Shown piece after piece: positions 21,118 through 29,611 of a stretch of DNA of 64,000 nt (the first letter of the stretch is position 1; the number at the start of each line of letters is the position of its first letter). The translations under genes and the position numbers were made by a program. Under the pieces are notes generated by a model. The model made no database searches. It was not told the origin of the DNA and was given only the letters and a program-made list of their open reading frames with translations. This DNA is from Promethearchaeota archaeon (GTDB lineage Archaea > Asgardarchaeota > Lokiarchaeia > Sigyniarchaeales > SOKP01): the NCBI GenBank assembly GCA_016839585.1, contig JAEOTZ010000050.1:1-64000 (forward strand). The letters run 5' to 3'.

Positions 21118-21559
21118 CTTTTATCGTCCCCTCATCTTTAATTGCATTTGATAATCTCTCTACAATGTCTTCAAAATCTCCTACAGCTGTTTCGCCTTCT
21201 GCTGCCCTAGATGTATACTGGTTAATGAATTGATCGCTATATCCTAACTCTTTAAATAACTTTTTCATGAGTTTAATTCTATGCATTGAAAGTATATTTC
21301 CATTAAAAAAGTGGCAAGCTCCTAAACAGCATCCAACACAAGCAACAGCATCTGCCCCATTATTTAATGCATCCATGATCTGAATAGGACCGACTTGACC
21401 AGTACATTGAACTCTTATTATTCTTATTGCCGGATCATATTTCATTCGTGCTACACCTGCAGTATTAGCAGAACCTTGTCCACATTCGTTACACATGAAA
21501 ACAACCACATCCTGAATCTTTCCTTGAATTTCTTCATCCACTACTTCACATTCAGTCAT
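21107..21559 (-). CDS. mvhD: MvhD-type [2Fe-2S] adaptor subunit
   Basis: FMCNEC, IRVQCTG, GADAV..GC..GACHF..GN; ATG overlaps the hdrA stop (ATGA). Confidence 0.9.
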   Translation of the reverse strand: MTECEVVDEEIQGKIQDVVVFMCNECGQGSANTAGVARMKYDPAIRIIRVQCTGQVGPIQIMDALNNGADAVACVGCCLGACHFFNGNILSMHRIKLMKKLFKELGYSDQFINQYTSRAAEGETAVGDFEDIVERLSNAIKDEGTIKDGC

Positions 21560-23586
21560 TCGCAAATAGCACCTCCGCCAGAAACGGCAATTATTTCATC
21601 TAATAATTGTTCATCTCTAAAATTGATTAACTGAATTGCTCCTGTAGGACAAACAGGCATACACATACCACAAGACTTACATGCCACCTCATTTACAGAT
21701 GGAATTCCATTTTCATCTATATCTATTGCTGCCGGAGCACAAATAGTTTTACAAAGTCCACATTTTACACATAAATCATAATCAATTGAAGGAATTAACA
21801 TTTCTCTTTCGATATATCCTTTTACCAATGGAGCCGCTGCTAAAGCCGCAGCACTTCCAGCATGAGCAACAGTCTCAGATATATCTTTTGGTCCTTGTAT
21901 TACACCCGCCAAGAAAATTCCTCCCTTACTACTCAAGGTAGGATTCATTTTTATATGAAATTCTTTTAAGAAACCTTCTTTTGATCTTAGAATATGAAGC
22001 TTCGAACCAAGTGGACCAATTCCCTCAGGAGGAACCATAGCAGCAGAAAGTACAACTAAATCAGCTTTTAATTTTAAAGGAGTTTGAGTTAATGTATCTT
22101 CAACAATTACACTTAAATCACCTGAAATTGGATCTTTAATGATTTCAGATGGTCTTCCGCGAATAAATCTTACTCCAATCTCTTGAGCAGATTTATATAA
22201 TTCTTCAAAATTTAATCCCGGGGTCCTAATATCTATATAACATATAGATACATTAGTATCAGGGTAATTTTCTTTGATAATACGAGCGTTTTTTATAGCA
22301 AACTTACAACATACACCAGTACAATATTGATTGCCAACTTGATCATTTCTACTTCCTACACACTGGATCATAACAACAGATTTAGGAATTTTTCCATCAG
22401 ATGGTCGTAATACTTCACTATTTGTAAGTGATGTTGGAGATAACATTCTTTCTAACTTTAGCTGTGTAATAACATCTTCATATCCTTCTTGACCATAATG
22501 ATAAGGTTCAATTTCAGAAGGATCATATTCATCATATCCTGCAGCAACGATAATCGAGCCAACTTTTACGGTTTTTGTCTCAGGCTGCATAGAAAAATCA
22601 ATAGCCTGAACAGGACATATGTTAATACAGGTATTACACTCAATACAATTTTTTTTATCTCTAATGTATGTAGCTGGTATTGCTTGAGGATAAGCTTTAT
22701 AGATTGCATTTCTCATAGACATTCCCATATCCCATTCACTTGGTAATTCTACAGGACAGTGTGCAGCACATTCGCCACAAGATGTACAATTATCTTTCAC
22801 ATATCTTGGCTTTATTTCAATTTCAACCTCAAAATTCCCTAATGAACCATCAACACTTTTAATTTGAGCATTTGTATAAAGTTTTATTAATGGATGATTA
22901 GCTACGCCATTAGTAAGTGGAGATATTGAACACTGTGGACATTCTAAAGTTGGGAATGTTTTATTTAACCGTGTCATATGACCTCCTATAGTTGATTCTT
23001 TTTCTACTAGATAAACAGGAATTCCTAATTCTGCTAAATCATAAGATGATCGGAGACCAGCAATTCCAGCACCGATAACTAACGCTGCTTTTGTCGTTGG
23101 TATTTTTCTTGTTTCTACATCTTCTAATTTTCTTGATCGATTGACTCCTGCTTCAACCAATCTCATAGCTTTTTGCGTTGCTTTCTCTTTTTCTTTTTGA
23201 TGAACCCAACTGTCATACTCTCTCACATTAACCTGTTGATGACGATGTTTGTTCAATCCAACCTCTTCAATTGCTCTAGCAAAGGTTTTTCCATGCTGAT
23301 TTTTGGAGCATGAAGCTACAACAGTTCTATTAACTCCAAGTTCTTCGATAGAATCTTTGACCATTTGAACTCCTGGTTTGGAACACATAAACATATAATG
23401 TTCAGCTTTCACTACATTTGGTAATGTCGAAGCATATTCCGCAACTTTAGCAACATCCACAGTTCCAGCAATATTATGTCCACAATGACACATGAATACT
23501 CCTATTCGTGGTTCTTCGTTTTCCAATCTTTCAACCTTTTCCCCTAATTGTTCAGTCTTCTTAACTTTTCCTTCTTTAACAGTCAA
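21556..23586 (-). CDS. hdrA: Heterodisulfide reductase subunit A
   Basis: CHCGHNIAG, GAGIAG, KTFPTLECPQC, inserted 2x[4Fe-4S], IQCVGSR, YCTGVCC, QGPKDI, C-terminal ferredoxin. Confidence 0.95.
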   Translation of the reverse strand: MTVKEGKVKKTEQLGEKVERLENEEPRIGVFMCHCGHNIAGTVDVAKVAEYASTLPNVVKAEHYMFMCSKPGVQMVKDSIEELGVNRTVVASCSKNQHGKTFARAIEEVGLNKHRHQQVNVREYDSWVHQKEKEKATQKAMRLVEAGVNRSRKLEDVETRKIPTTKAALVIGAGIAGLRSSYDLAELGIPVYLVEKESTIGGHMTRLNKTFPTLECPQCSISPLTNGVANHPLIKLYTNAQIKSVDGSLGNFEVEIEIKPRYVKDNCTSCGECAAHCPVELPSEWDMGMSMRNAIYKAYPQAIPATYIRDKKNCIECNTCINICPVQAIDFSMQPETKTVKVGSIIVAAGYDEYDPSEIEPYHYGQEGYEDVITQLKLERMLSPTSLTNSEVLRPSDGKIPKSVVMIQCVGSRNDQVGNQYCTGVCCKFAIKNARIIKENYPDTNVSICYIDIRTPGLNFEELYKSAQEIGVRFIRGRPSEIIKDPISGDLSVIVEDTLTQTPLKLKADLVVLSAAMVPPEGIGPLGSKLHILRSKEGFLKEFHIKMNPTLSSKGGIFLAGVIQGPKDISETVAHAGSAAALAAAPLVKGYIEREMLIPSIDYDLCVKCGLCKTICAPAAIDIDENGIPSVNEVACKSCGMCMPVCPTGAIQLINFRDEQLLDEIIAVSGGGAICE

Positions 23587-23587
23587 G

Positions 23588-24499
23588 TTAAATTACCTCC
23601 TCTTCTTTTTCTTCTCCTCCAAAAATGTACTCTCTGCCCATTAATTGGTATTGAAGACCAATAAATTCTTGATCCATACCCATACAATAAGCAGTAAGTT
23701 GAGAAAGATGAATTACTGGATAATCATAATTACAACTTTTATTTTTGTTTAGATAATCTTGACCCGTTTCATATTGTAAGTGACAAAAAGGACAAATGTC
23801 AAGTATAAAATCAGGTTTCACTTCATCAATATTCTTCATTTTTTCTCCAAAAATTCTCATACTTGCTGTTCCATCGTAAGCTTTTACTCCACCACCAGCA
23901 CCGCAACAAGTAAGTTGTTCTTTGAACCTTACAGATTCTATGCCTAACGCCTCAACAAATTCTTCAATAATTGTTGGTCCTTCAGAACTTTCAATTTCTC
24001 TAATTCTAGTTGGTTTTAAGAAATGACAACCGTAATGGATTACTGCTCGAGCATTAACTTTTCTAATAATGACATCTTCTATTCCCCATGGTCCAACTTC
24101 ATAACCTAATACCTCAGCTACATGTCTAACATCAATCGTTCCCCTAAACTCATAATTACCAATAAGTTTCAATTTTTCATTAACTAGTTCTCTATGCTCT
24201 TTGTTTTCTTTTAAATGTTTATTGACCTCTTGAAGCGTGCCAAAACAACCATTACACACAGTTAAAATGTCAGAATCTAACTTTTCGGCAATACATAAAT
24301 TTCTTGCTGCAGCAACCATCCAATCACCTTTATTAAATGATCGGAAGACTCCTGGTGCAGGACAACATGTAGCTCTTTCCATATCTAAAATTTCATATCC
24401 TAGTTTTTGCATTACAAATTTCGTTGATTTTTCAATAGCAGGATATCGATTTGGCATCAAACACCCTAAAAAGAATGCAAATGTGTTTTCTTTAACCAT
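23588..24499 (-). CDS. hdrB: Heterodisulfide reductase subunit B
   Basis: Two CCG domains: GC..TCCPAPG..CNGC and HYGCH..TCCGAGGG..CPFC. Confidence 0.95.
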   Translation of the reverse strand: MVKENTFAFFLGCLMPNRYPAIEKSTKFVMQKLGYEILDMERATCCPAPGVFRSFNKGDWMVAAARNLCIAEKLDSDILTVCNGCFGTLQEVNKHLKENKEHRELVNEKLKLIGNYEFRGTIDVRHVAEVLGYEVGPWGIEDVIIRKVNARAVIHYGCHFLKPTRIREIESSEGPTIIEEFVEALGIESVRFKEQLTCCGAGGGVKAYDGTASMRIFGEKMKNIDEVKPDFILDICPFCHLQYETGQDYLNKNKSCNYDYPVIHLSQLTAYCMGMDQEFIGLQYQLMGREYIFGGEEKEEEVI

Positions 24500-24502
24500 T
24501 TT

Positions 24503-25063
24503 TTAAACTTCCTCCTCTTCTTCCTTTTTTTCCTCTTTAACTGGAGGTAAATCGAACATGTGTTTTTCAATATTTTTTAAATCGCGATCATCTCCCTCTT
24601 GTTTAAACTTAAACGCAGTAGGAGGTAGTTCTTCTAAGCCTAATTCAACCCTTCGTTTTTTTACCTCATCATTTATCGGTACCGCATGTCCATAATTCTT
24701 TAAATAACCTACAACAGCTCTATGATTAGGAGAAATATTCCCTAATTTAGTAGCATAATTTCGCAATTCCATAATTACATCTGTAGGTCTCACATCACGC
24801 GGACACCGTTCATAACATTGATAGCATGTAGTACACAGCCAAATATCAGGATCTTTCAATACCGATAAGTCTCCTAATACAACTTTTCTTACGATAGAAC
24901 GAGTCTTTAAGGCAGTCCATCTACCACTTTCACAACTCGCTGTGCATGTCCCACATTGGATGCACTGCCAAATATTTGATTTTCTTTCAATATTTTTAAA
25001 AAATTCTTTATCAAAATCTTCGTCTGTTTTAAATTCCCTTGGTTCTTCTTCTACATCAGACGT
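24503..25063 (-). CDS. hdrC: Heterodisulfide reductase subunit C (186 aa, probable ACG start)
   Basis: Frame is open 68 codons upstream of the called TTG and contains the first cluster WQCIQCGTCTASC; second cluster WLCTTCYQCYERCP. Confidence 0.9.
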   Translation of the reverse strand, partial: TSDVEEEPREFKTDEDFDKEFFKNIERKSNIWQCIQCGTCTASCESGRWTALKTRSIVRKVVLGDLSVLKDPDIWLCTTCYQCYERCPRDVRPTDVIMELRNYATKLGNISPNHRAVVGYLKNYGHAVPINDEVKKRRVELGLEELPPTAFKFKQEGDDRDLKNIEKHMFDLPPVKEEKKEEEEEV

Positions 25064-25116
25064 TTATCATCACCTTTTTTGAAATATAAAATAAAAAAAA
25101 AAAATTTTAATTTTGT

Positions 25117-25533
25117 TTATAGTGAAACTATTCTTCCACCATCGCTCATTTCTAAAAATGCAGCGGCGCCAACAGGATCTTCAGCGATTTCCATTATATC
25201 TTCATGCTTAATTCCCATTAAATCCATAGTCATCTGACATGGAAATAACTTCAAATTACCGTTTTCAACACCGTCCTTAATCAAACCCCATGGATCTTCA
25301 ATTCCAAATTTTTTCATCCTTTTTCTAAATATTTTTGCTCCCATACCTTTCATAGGAGTAGGCATTCCTGCAACTTTAGGTTTAAATTTTTTTGTTAATA
25401 AATTTAAACCCCAAAAAGTAAAGAAAAAATTCATTTTCATATCCATAGCGTCACCTGTTGAACCAAGGATAGCCATCATTGCAAACTTCTCGAATGACTT
25501 ATCCTTTACAATAAAATTTATTGTTTCAGCCAT
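25117..25533 (-). CDS. DsrE2-like sulfur relay protein
   Basis: FFFTFWGL and PCQMTMDLMG..VGAAAFL motifs; ATG after AAGTGA. Confidence 0.85.
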   Translation of the reverse strand: MAETINFIVKDKSFEKFAMMAILGSTGDAMDMKMNFFFTFWGLNLLTKKFKPKVAGMPTPMKGMGAKIFRKRMKKFGIEDPWGLIKDGVENGNLKLFPCQMTMDLMGIKHEDIMEIAEDPVGAAAFLEMSDGGRIVSL

Positions 25534-25683
25534 TTTTTTCACTTTTTTTTAAATTTTTTTTCAATCTTGTATTTTACTTTTAATTATTTGAGTTAACTAA
25601 TTGTTAACCATGACCAATTTTTTTCAATTCAATTTTTAAAAATTTTCTATTTATTTGCTTTCTTACTTTTATGCCCTTACTTA

Positions 25684-26025
25684 TTACATCCATGAAACAA
25701 TCTTTTGTGAATTATCCAATATATCTATGAGTTCATTATATTCAATTGGTTTGATTTTATCATCGAGATAATCAAGAGATATTCCACGTGCTTTTAAATC
25801 TGGAATCATCGCAAAAATAGTAAGGTTTATACTAAAAAGTTCTTTCATTGATTCGGAAACTTTTCCTCTTGAACTACCGCCTATTACTCCGTCATGTATC
25901 AAAATGAATCCAATTTTTGCACCATCAATAGATTGAGTTTTAACAATTGGAAGCAATCGACTTAACTCATTACCATGTCTAGGACTGAATCCGTATAGAT
26001 AAACTATATTTAAATTCTCTGTCAT
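25684..26025 (-). CDS. dsrH: DsrH/TusB-like sulfur relay protein
   Basis: LIHDGV, DLKARGI, IEYNELID, C-terminal VSW. Confidence 0.85.
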   Translation of the reverse strand: MTENLNIVYLYGFSPRHGNELSRLLPIVKTQSIDGAKIGFILIHDGVIGGSSRGKVSESMKELFSINLTIFAMIPDLKARGISLDYLDDKIKPIEYNELIDILDNSQKIVSWM

Positions 26026-26040
26026 TTTTTCCACCCTCCC

Positions 26041-26409
26041 TTAAAATCTAAAACTTGTGTCTGCATTTGCGATTAATTTCGCAAGGTTAACGATATCTAT
26101 AACCTTAAGATTTTCATATTCAACAAAATCCGCTTCAGTTAAACCAGCATCCTCTAAACCAGTATCTAGAATATAAATTTCTAAATCTGAAAGGTCACCC
26201 ATTTCCAATGGTTCCTCGAAAGAATCTACTCCAACCACGGTTGGATCAGCGTTTTTATTTACAAAGTATACAGCATCTCCCATCAAAACTACTTTACAAT
26301 CAATCTCTTCTCCTAAACCCAAAAAACCAGCTGCTAATCTTAGAGCTTCGCGCGCAGAATTTTTACCAACTGGAGATTGATCAACAATAATAACTACTGA
26401 TTTTATCAT
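26041..26409 (-). CDS. dsrF: DsrF/TusC-like sulfur relay protein
   Basis: SPVGKNSAREALR, VLMGDAVY; positioned between dsrE and dsrH. Confidence 0.75.
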   Translation of the reverse strand: MIKSVVIIVDQSPVGKNSAREALRLAAGFLGLGEEIDCKVVLMGDAVYFVNKNADPTVVGVDSFEEPLEMGDLSDLEIYILDTGLEDAGLTEADFVEYENLKVIDIVNLAKLIANADTSFRF

Positions 26410-26412
26410 TTT

Positions 26413-26781
26413 TTAGCCTCCCGTTCCAAAAATTATTAATTTTTCTGATTCTGCTGTCCAATTCGATAGTTCACCTAAACCCTCCTCTTTCGCTCCATCA
26501 ATAAAACATTGCTCTTTCATTCCACAGAGCCCAATCCATGTAGTGCATCCAGCAACCGGAATCTTGTTTTCATTTATGAACTCTTCTAATTTTTTTGGTA
26601 AATTTCTCACAGTAATACCTGTTTCAATATCTTTTTTTATATTATAGACACCACTCCCATAGAAAAAGATCCCCTTAATTTGATTGCCCTTTTCAAGTAT
26701 AGCTTTACTTAATTGTATCAAGGAATCTGTAGCTTCAAATTTATACGGTTCGGTGCTAATCATTATTGTATAAATTAACAT
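26413..26781 (-). CDS. dsrE: DsrE/TusD-like sulfurtransferase
   Basis: EPY, IFFYGSGVYN, active-site-like AGCTTW, GLGEL. Confidence 0.8.
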   Translation of the reverse strand: MLIYTIMISTEPYKFEATDSLIQLSKAILEKGNQIKGIFFYGSGVYNIKKDIETGITVRNLPKKLEEFINENKIPVAGCTTWIGLCGMKEQCFIDGAKEEGLGELSNWTAESEKLIIFGTGG

Positions 26782-26811
26782 AATCGCTCTAACTCGTTTC
26801 TATTGAAGTTT

Positions 26812-27036
26812 TTATGCTTTTTTAATCATGAATGTAATCTGTTCCCTATCTTCTCTCGATTCAAGCAGTTCATCGCCAGTTCTATTTAAAAGTGCTGGAA
26901 CATCTTTTAATGCTCCAATATCGTCTACGATAAGCTCAAGAGTTTGTCCTGAACTCATTTTCTTCAATTCTTTTTTAGTCATTAAAATTGGCATTGGACA
27001 TTTTTTACCTAATGCATTAAGTGTTATATCAGCCAT
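26812..27036 (-). CDS. tusA: TusA-family sulfur carrier
   Basis: LNALGKKCPMPIL, DDIGALKDV; ATG at 27036 after AAGTGA. Confidence 0.92.
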   Translation of the reverse strand: MADITLNALGKKCPMPILMTKKELKKMSSGQTLELIVDDIGALKDVPALLNRTGDELLESREDREQITFMIKKA

Positions 27037-27080
27037 TTTTTTCACTTTCACTTATTTTTTGTTTCGTTTTTTGATTTTTT

Positions 27081-27222
27081 TTATCACGTAAGAAGTGATT
27101 TTCTATTTTAATTATCACAAATGCAAACTCATATTTAAATATTAATCACATAGAATAAAAATTCTCTAGGATTTTAGCACAAAAAAGAGTTTTATTTATA
27201 AATGAATATCACGAACGCAAAG
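27081..27222. promoter_or_regulatory. Phased operator array between the divergent tusA operon and lrp
   Basis: ATCAC at 27083, 27114, 27145, 27208 and AGCAC at 27176 (31-32 bp spacing); the first is the palindrome ATCAC-N7-GTGAT. Confidence 0.6.
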
Positions 27223-27342
27223 TTTATATTTTTTTAATACTATTTATATTTAGAGATGCTTAAAATGAAATTTAGAAATATTATGCTAAATTTAAGCAAA
27301 TCTTAAGGATTATTAAAAAATGAAAAAAATTGTAGTGATAAC

Positions 27343-27816
27343 ATGGCAGGTATGCCTGAAATAGTAGAATTAGACGATTTAGACAAACAGATATTAAATA
27401 TTATTCAAAATAATGCTAAAGCATCGCTTCGGGATATCGAGAAGGAAATAGATTTAACTACAACCTCAATTCGAATGCGAATCAATCGCTTAAAAGAAAA
27501 AAATGTCATTAAGCAATATATTACACTTATTGATTGCCGTCATTTAGGTTATCGCGAAATGGTAATGGCATCACTTCGAGTAAATTCTTCTTACCCTTTA
27601 GAGGATATTAAAAAAAAAATAGAAGAAATGATAAAAATCAAATATGCCTACATAATAACTGGAGAATATCCAATATTCATTATGGCAAAATGTCTTGATC
27701 ATTCTGATTCAATGGAACTCATTGAAAGACTTCGTAATCTCCCAGGAGTAGAAGAAATTAAGACTCAAATTGTTTTAGATAAAATAAAAGAAGATCCTTC
27801 TGTGATAATACCTTAA
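27343..27816 (+). CDS. Lrp/AsnC family transcriptional regulator
   Basis: LDDLDKQIL..RINRLKEKNVIK HTH plus RAM domain (ITGEYPIF..LPGVEEIKTQIVL). Confidence 0.92.
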   Translation: MAGMPEIVELDDLDKQILNIIQNNAKASLRDIEKEIDLTTTSIRMRINRLKEKNVIKQYITLIDCRHLGYREMVMASLRVNSSYPLEDIKKKIEEMIKIKYAYIITGEYPIFIMAKCLDHSDSMELIERLRNLPGVEEIKTQIVLDKIKEDPSVIIP

Positions 27817-27869
27817 TAGAAATATATTATCTTTTACCATATAGAATTAATATCTTAGTTGACTTTTTC

Positions 27870-28433
27870 TTAATCATTTTTGTCTTCTTCGTTACTGACA
27901 CGTTCCCCAAGCTGGTAGAAATTAAAATCACCGCCCGTAGCCCAAATAATTGGATGAACTTTTCTCCAATCAAGGTTATCCTCTATCAAACACTTAGGAT
28001 CCACATATGACTTGACTACTCTCCCTATGATTCCATCATTAGGATAATAATCCAGGATTTCTGTCACTTCACACTCCATATTTATAGGACATTCGCGAAT
28101 CATTGGTGCGGTTTTTAATTCTCCATAAAATATGTCAAAAAGAGATCCCTTATCAAAATCCCTACCAGACCTATTTCCACAAATATTTGTTTCAGTTAAA
28201 AGATCTATTGATGGGATATTAACACTAAATGTCATATTTTCGTGAATTCCAATCCGTGTATAACGTTCCTTATACAAACTAAAGAAAATATACTTCCCAA
28301 AATCAAAAGGGCAGATATATCCGATTACTAGAAAGTTTGGATGATTATTAACTCGTGCCCCCACTAATACTACTGGTAACGGACTTAGCAGATTTCCTTC
28401 AAGTTCTTGCTTTTTCATTTTAGTTTTGCTCAT
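27870..28433 (-). CDS. Flavin reductase-like (flavoredoxin) protein
   Basis: PLPVVLV, FSVNIP, CGNRSGRDFDK, APMIRECPINMEC. Confidence 0.88.
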   Translation of the reverse strand: MSKTKMKKQELEGNLLSPLPVVLVGARVNNHPNFLVIGYICPFDFGKYIFFSLYKERYTRIGIHENMTFSVNIPSIDLLTETNICGNRSGRDFDKGSLFDIFYGELKTAPMIRECPINMECEVTEILDYYPNDGIIGRVVKSYVDPKCLIEDNLDWRKVHPIIWATGGDFNFYQLGERVSNEEDKND

Positions 28434-28638
28434 TTAAATTCATCTTTAATATATATAATATTTCTCTATTATTCAAATCTTTTTACTCAGAAGTTCTGAA
28501 TAACTTTGAACTTTATTAAAAGTTTATATTATAATTCTATTTATATTTAAAGAAGTTAAAAATGAATATTAGAAAAACAAAACTTGTTTAAGAATAAATT
28601 AAGAATTATTAAAAATTAAAAAATAATAAAGTGATAAT

Positions 28639-28842
28639 ATGTCGGGCATGCCTGAGATAGTAGAATTGGACGATTTAGATAAACAAATATTAAATATAAT
28701 TCAAAATAATGCTAAGGCATCGCTTCGCGATATCGAAAAGGAAATAGATTTAACTACAACCTCAATTCGAATGCGAATCAATCGCTTAAAAGAAAAAAAT
28801 GTCATTAAGCAATATGTTACACTTATCGATTTCAAAATCTAA
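28639..28842 (+). pseudogene. Truncated (HTH-only) duplicate of the Lrp gene at 27343
   Basis: First 64 codons give 62/64 identical aa, then a stop; about 120 bp upstream is also homologous. Confidence 0.7.
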
Positions 28843-28943
28843 TTTCATTTGATTCAAAGCTTCATCTTCATTAATATTGTCAAATTCTATCAATATAACA
28901 TCTTAGGTTTTTTTATTTCAAACTATAATTTGAAATAGGTTCT

Positions 28944-29213
28944 TTATAATTTTCTCAGTTTTTTAATTTTTTCTTTACTGACTTTCTTTATTTCTTTCTT
29001 TAATAGTATAATAGCACTGTTTAATTCTGCCTTTTTTGATTTAAATTTAGAAATATGTGAATGTTCAATCTTTTTTGATTCATGAGCAATTTGTTTTTCA
29101 ATTTGCTTCAATTCATTATGTTTTTTTGCTAATTGAGCTTCGAGATCTTTCAATTTATTATTGTATTCAGATTTTATTTTATTAATTAAGTCCATTTTTG
29201 AAGGGTTAGCCAT
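28944..29213 (-). CDS. Small Lys-rich coiled-coil hypothetical protein
   Basis: 89 aa, heptad-like charged helices. Confidence 0.6.
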   Translation of the reverse strand: MANPSKMDLINKIKSEYNNKLKDLEAQLAKKHNELKQIEKQIAHESKKIEHSHISKFKSKKAELNSAIILLKKEIKKVSKEKIKKLRKL

Positions 29214-29611
29214 AACATAACCTAAAATAAAATTTAATTATTAGAAACAAATTTATCCTAAATGAAATAATAAAATTAGAAATTTATATTATTCCTAAAT
29301 AAAAGATCATTCTATGATACTCGTTTGATCCGCTTTATTATTAGACATAAAAATTTTCCAACAATAGCACCCGAAGATGATCCAATCTTATTAAACATGA
29401 TAATCTCTGCTTTGTCTTTTTAAAACCTTATTAAATCACTTTATTTTTAGATTTTCTAAAAATTTCTTATATTTCTTCAATATTTCAAAACTAAGACTTT
29501 TTTAGTTTCATTGAGGAATACTTAAAATATATGCTTTCTTAGAATAGAGTTAAGTAAGATTCTTTTCTCAAAGAATTTACCTAATTAAACTTTATTTAAA
29601 AAGAATCCAAT

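Noticed and set aside
17144-27036. Selenocysteine (UGA) recoding in HdrA/MvhD/DsrE
   Set aside because: Positions that are Sec in some archaea are Cys here (LECPQC, CNEC, GCCLGAC); no in-frame TGA was found, and the short hdrC call is a start-codon issue.
29280-29425. Coding-like startless frame (..HKNFPTIAPEDDPILLNM..)
   Set aside because: Under 50 codons, no start or SD, no recognisable homology; at most a gene remnant.
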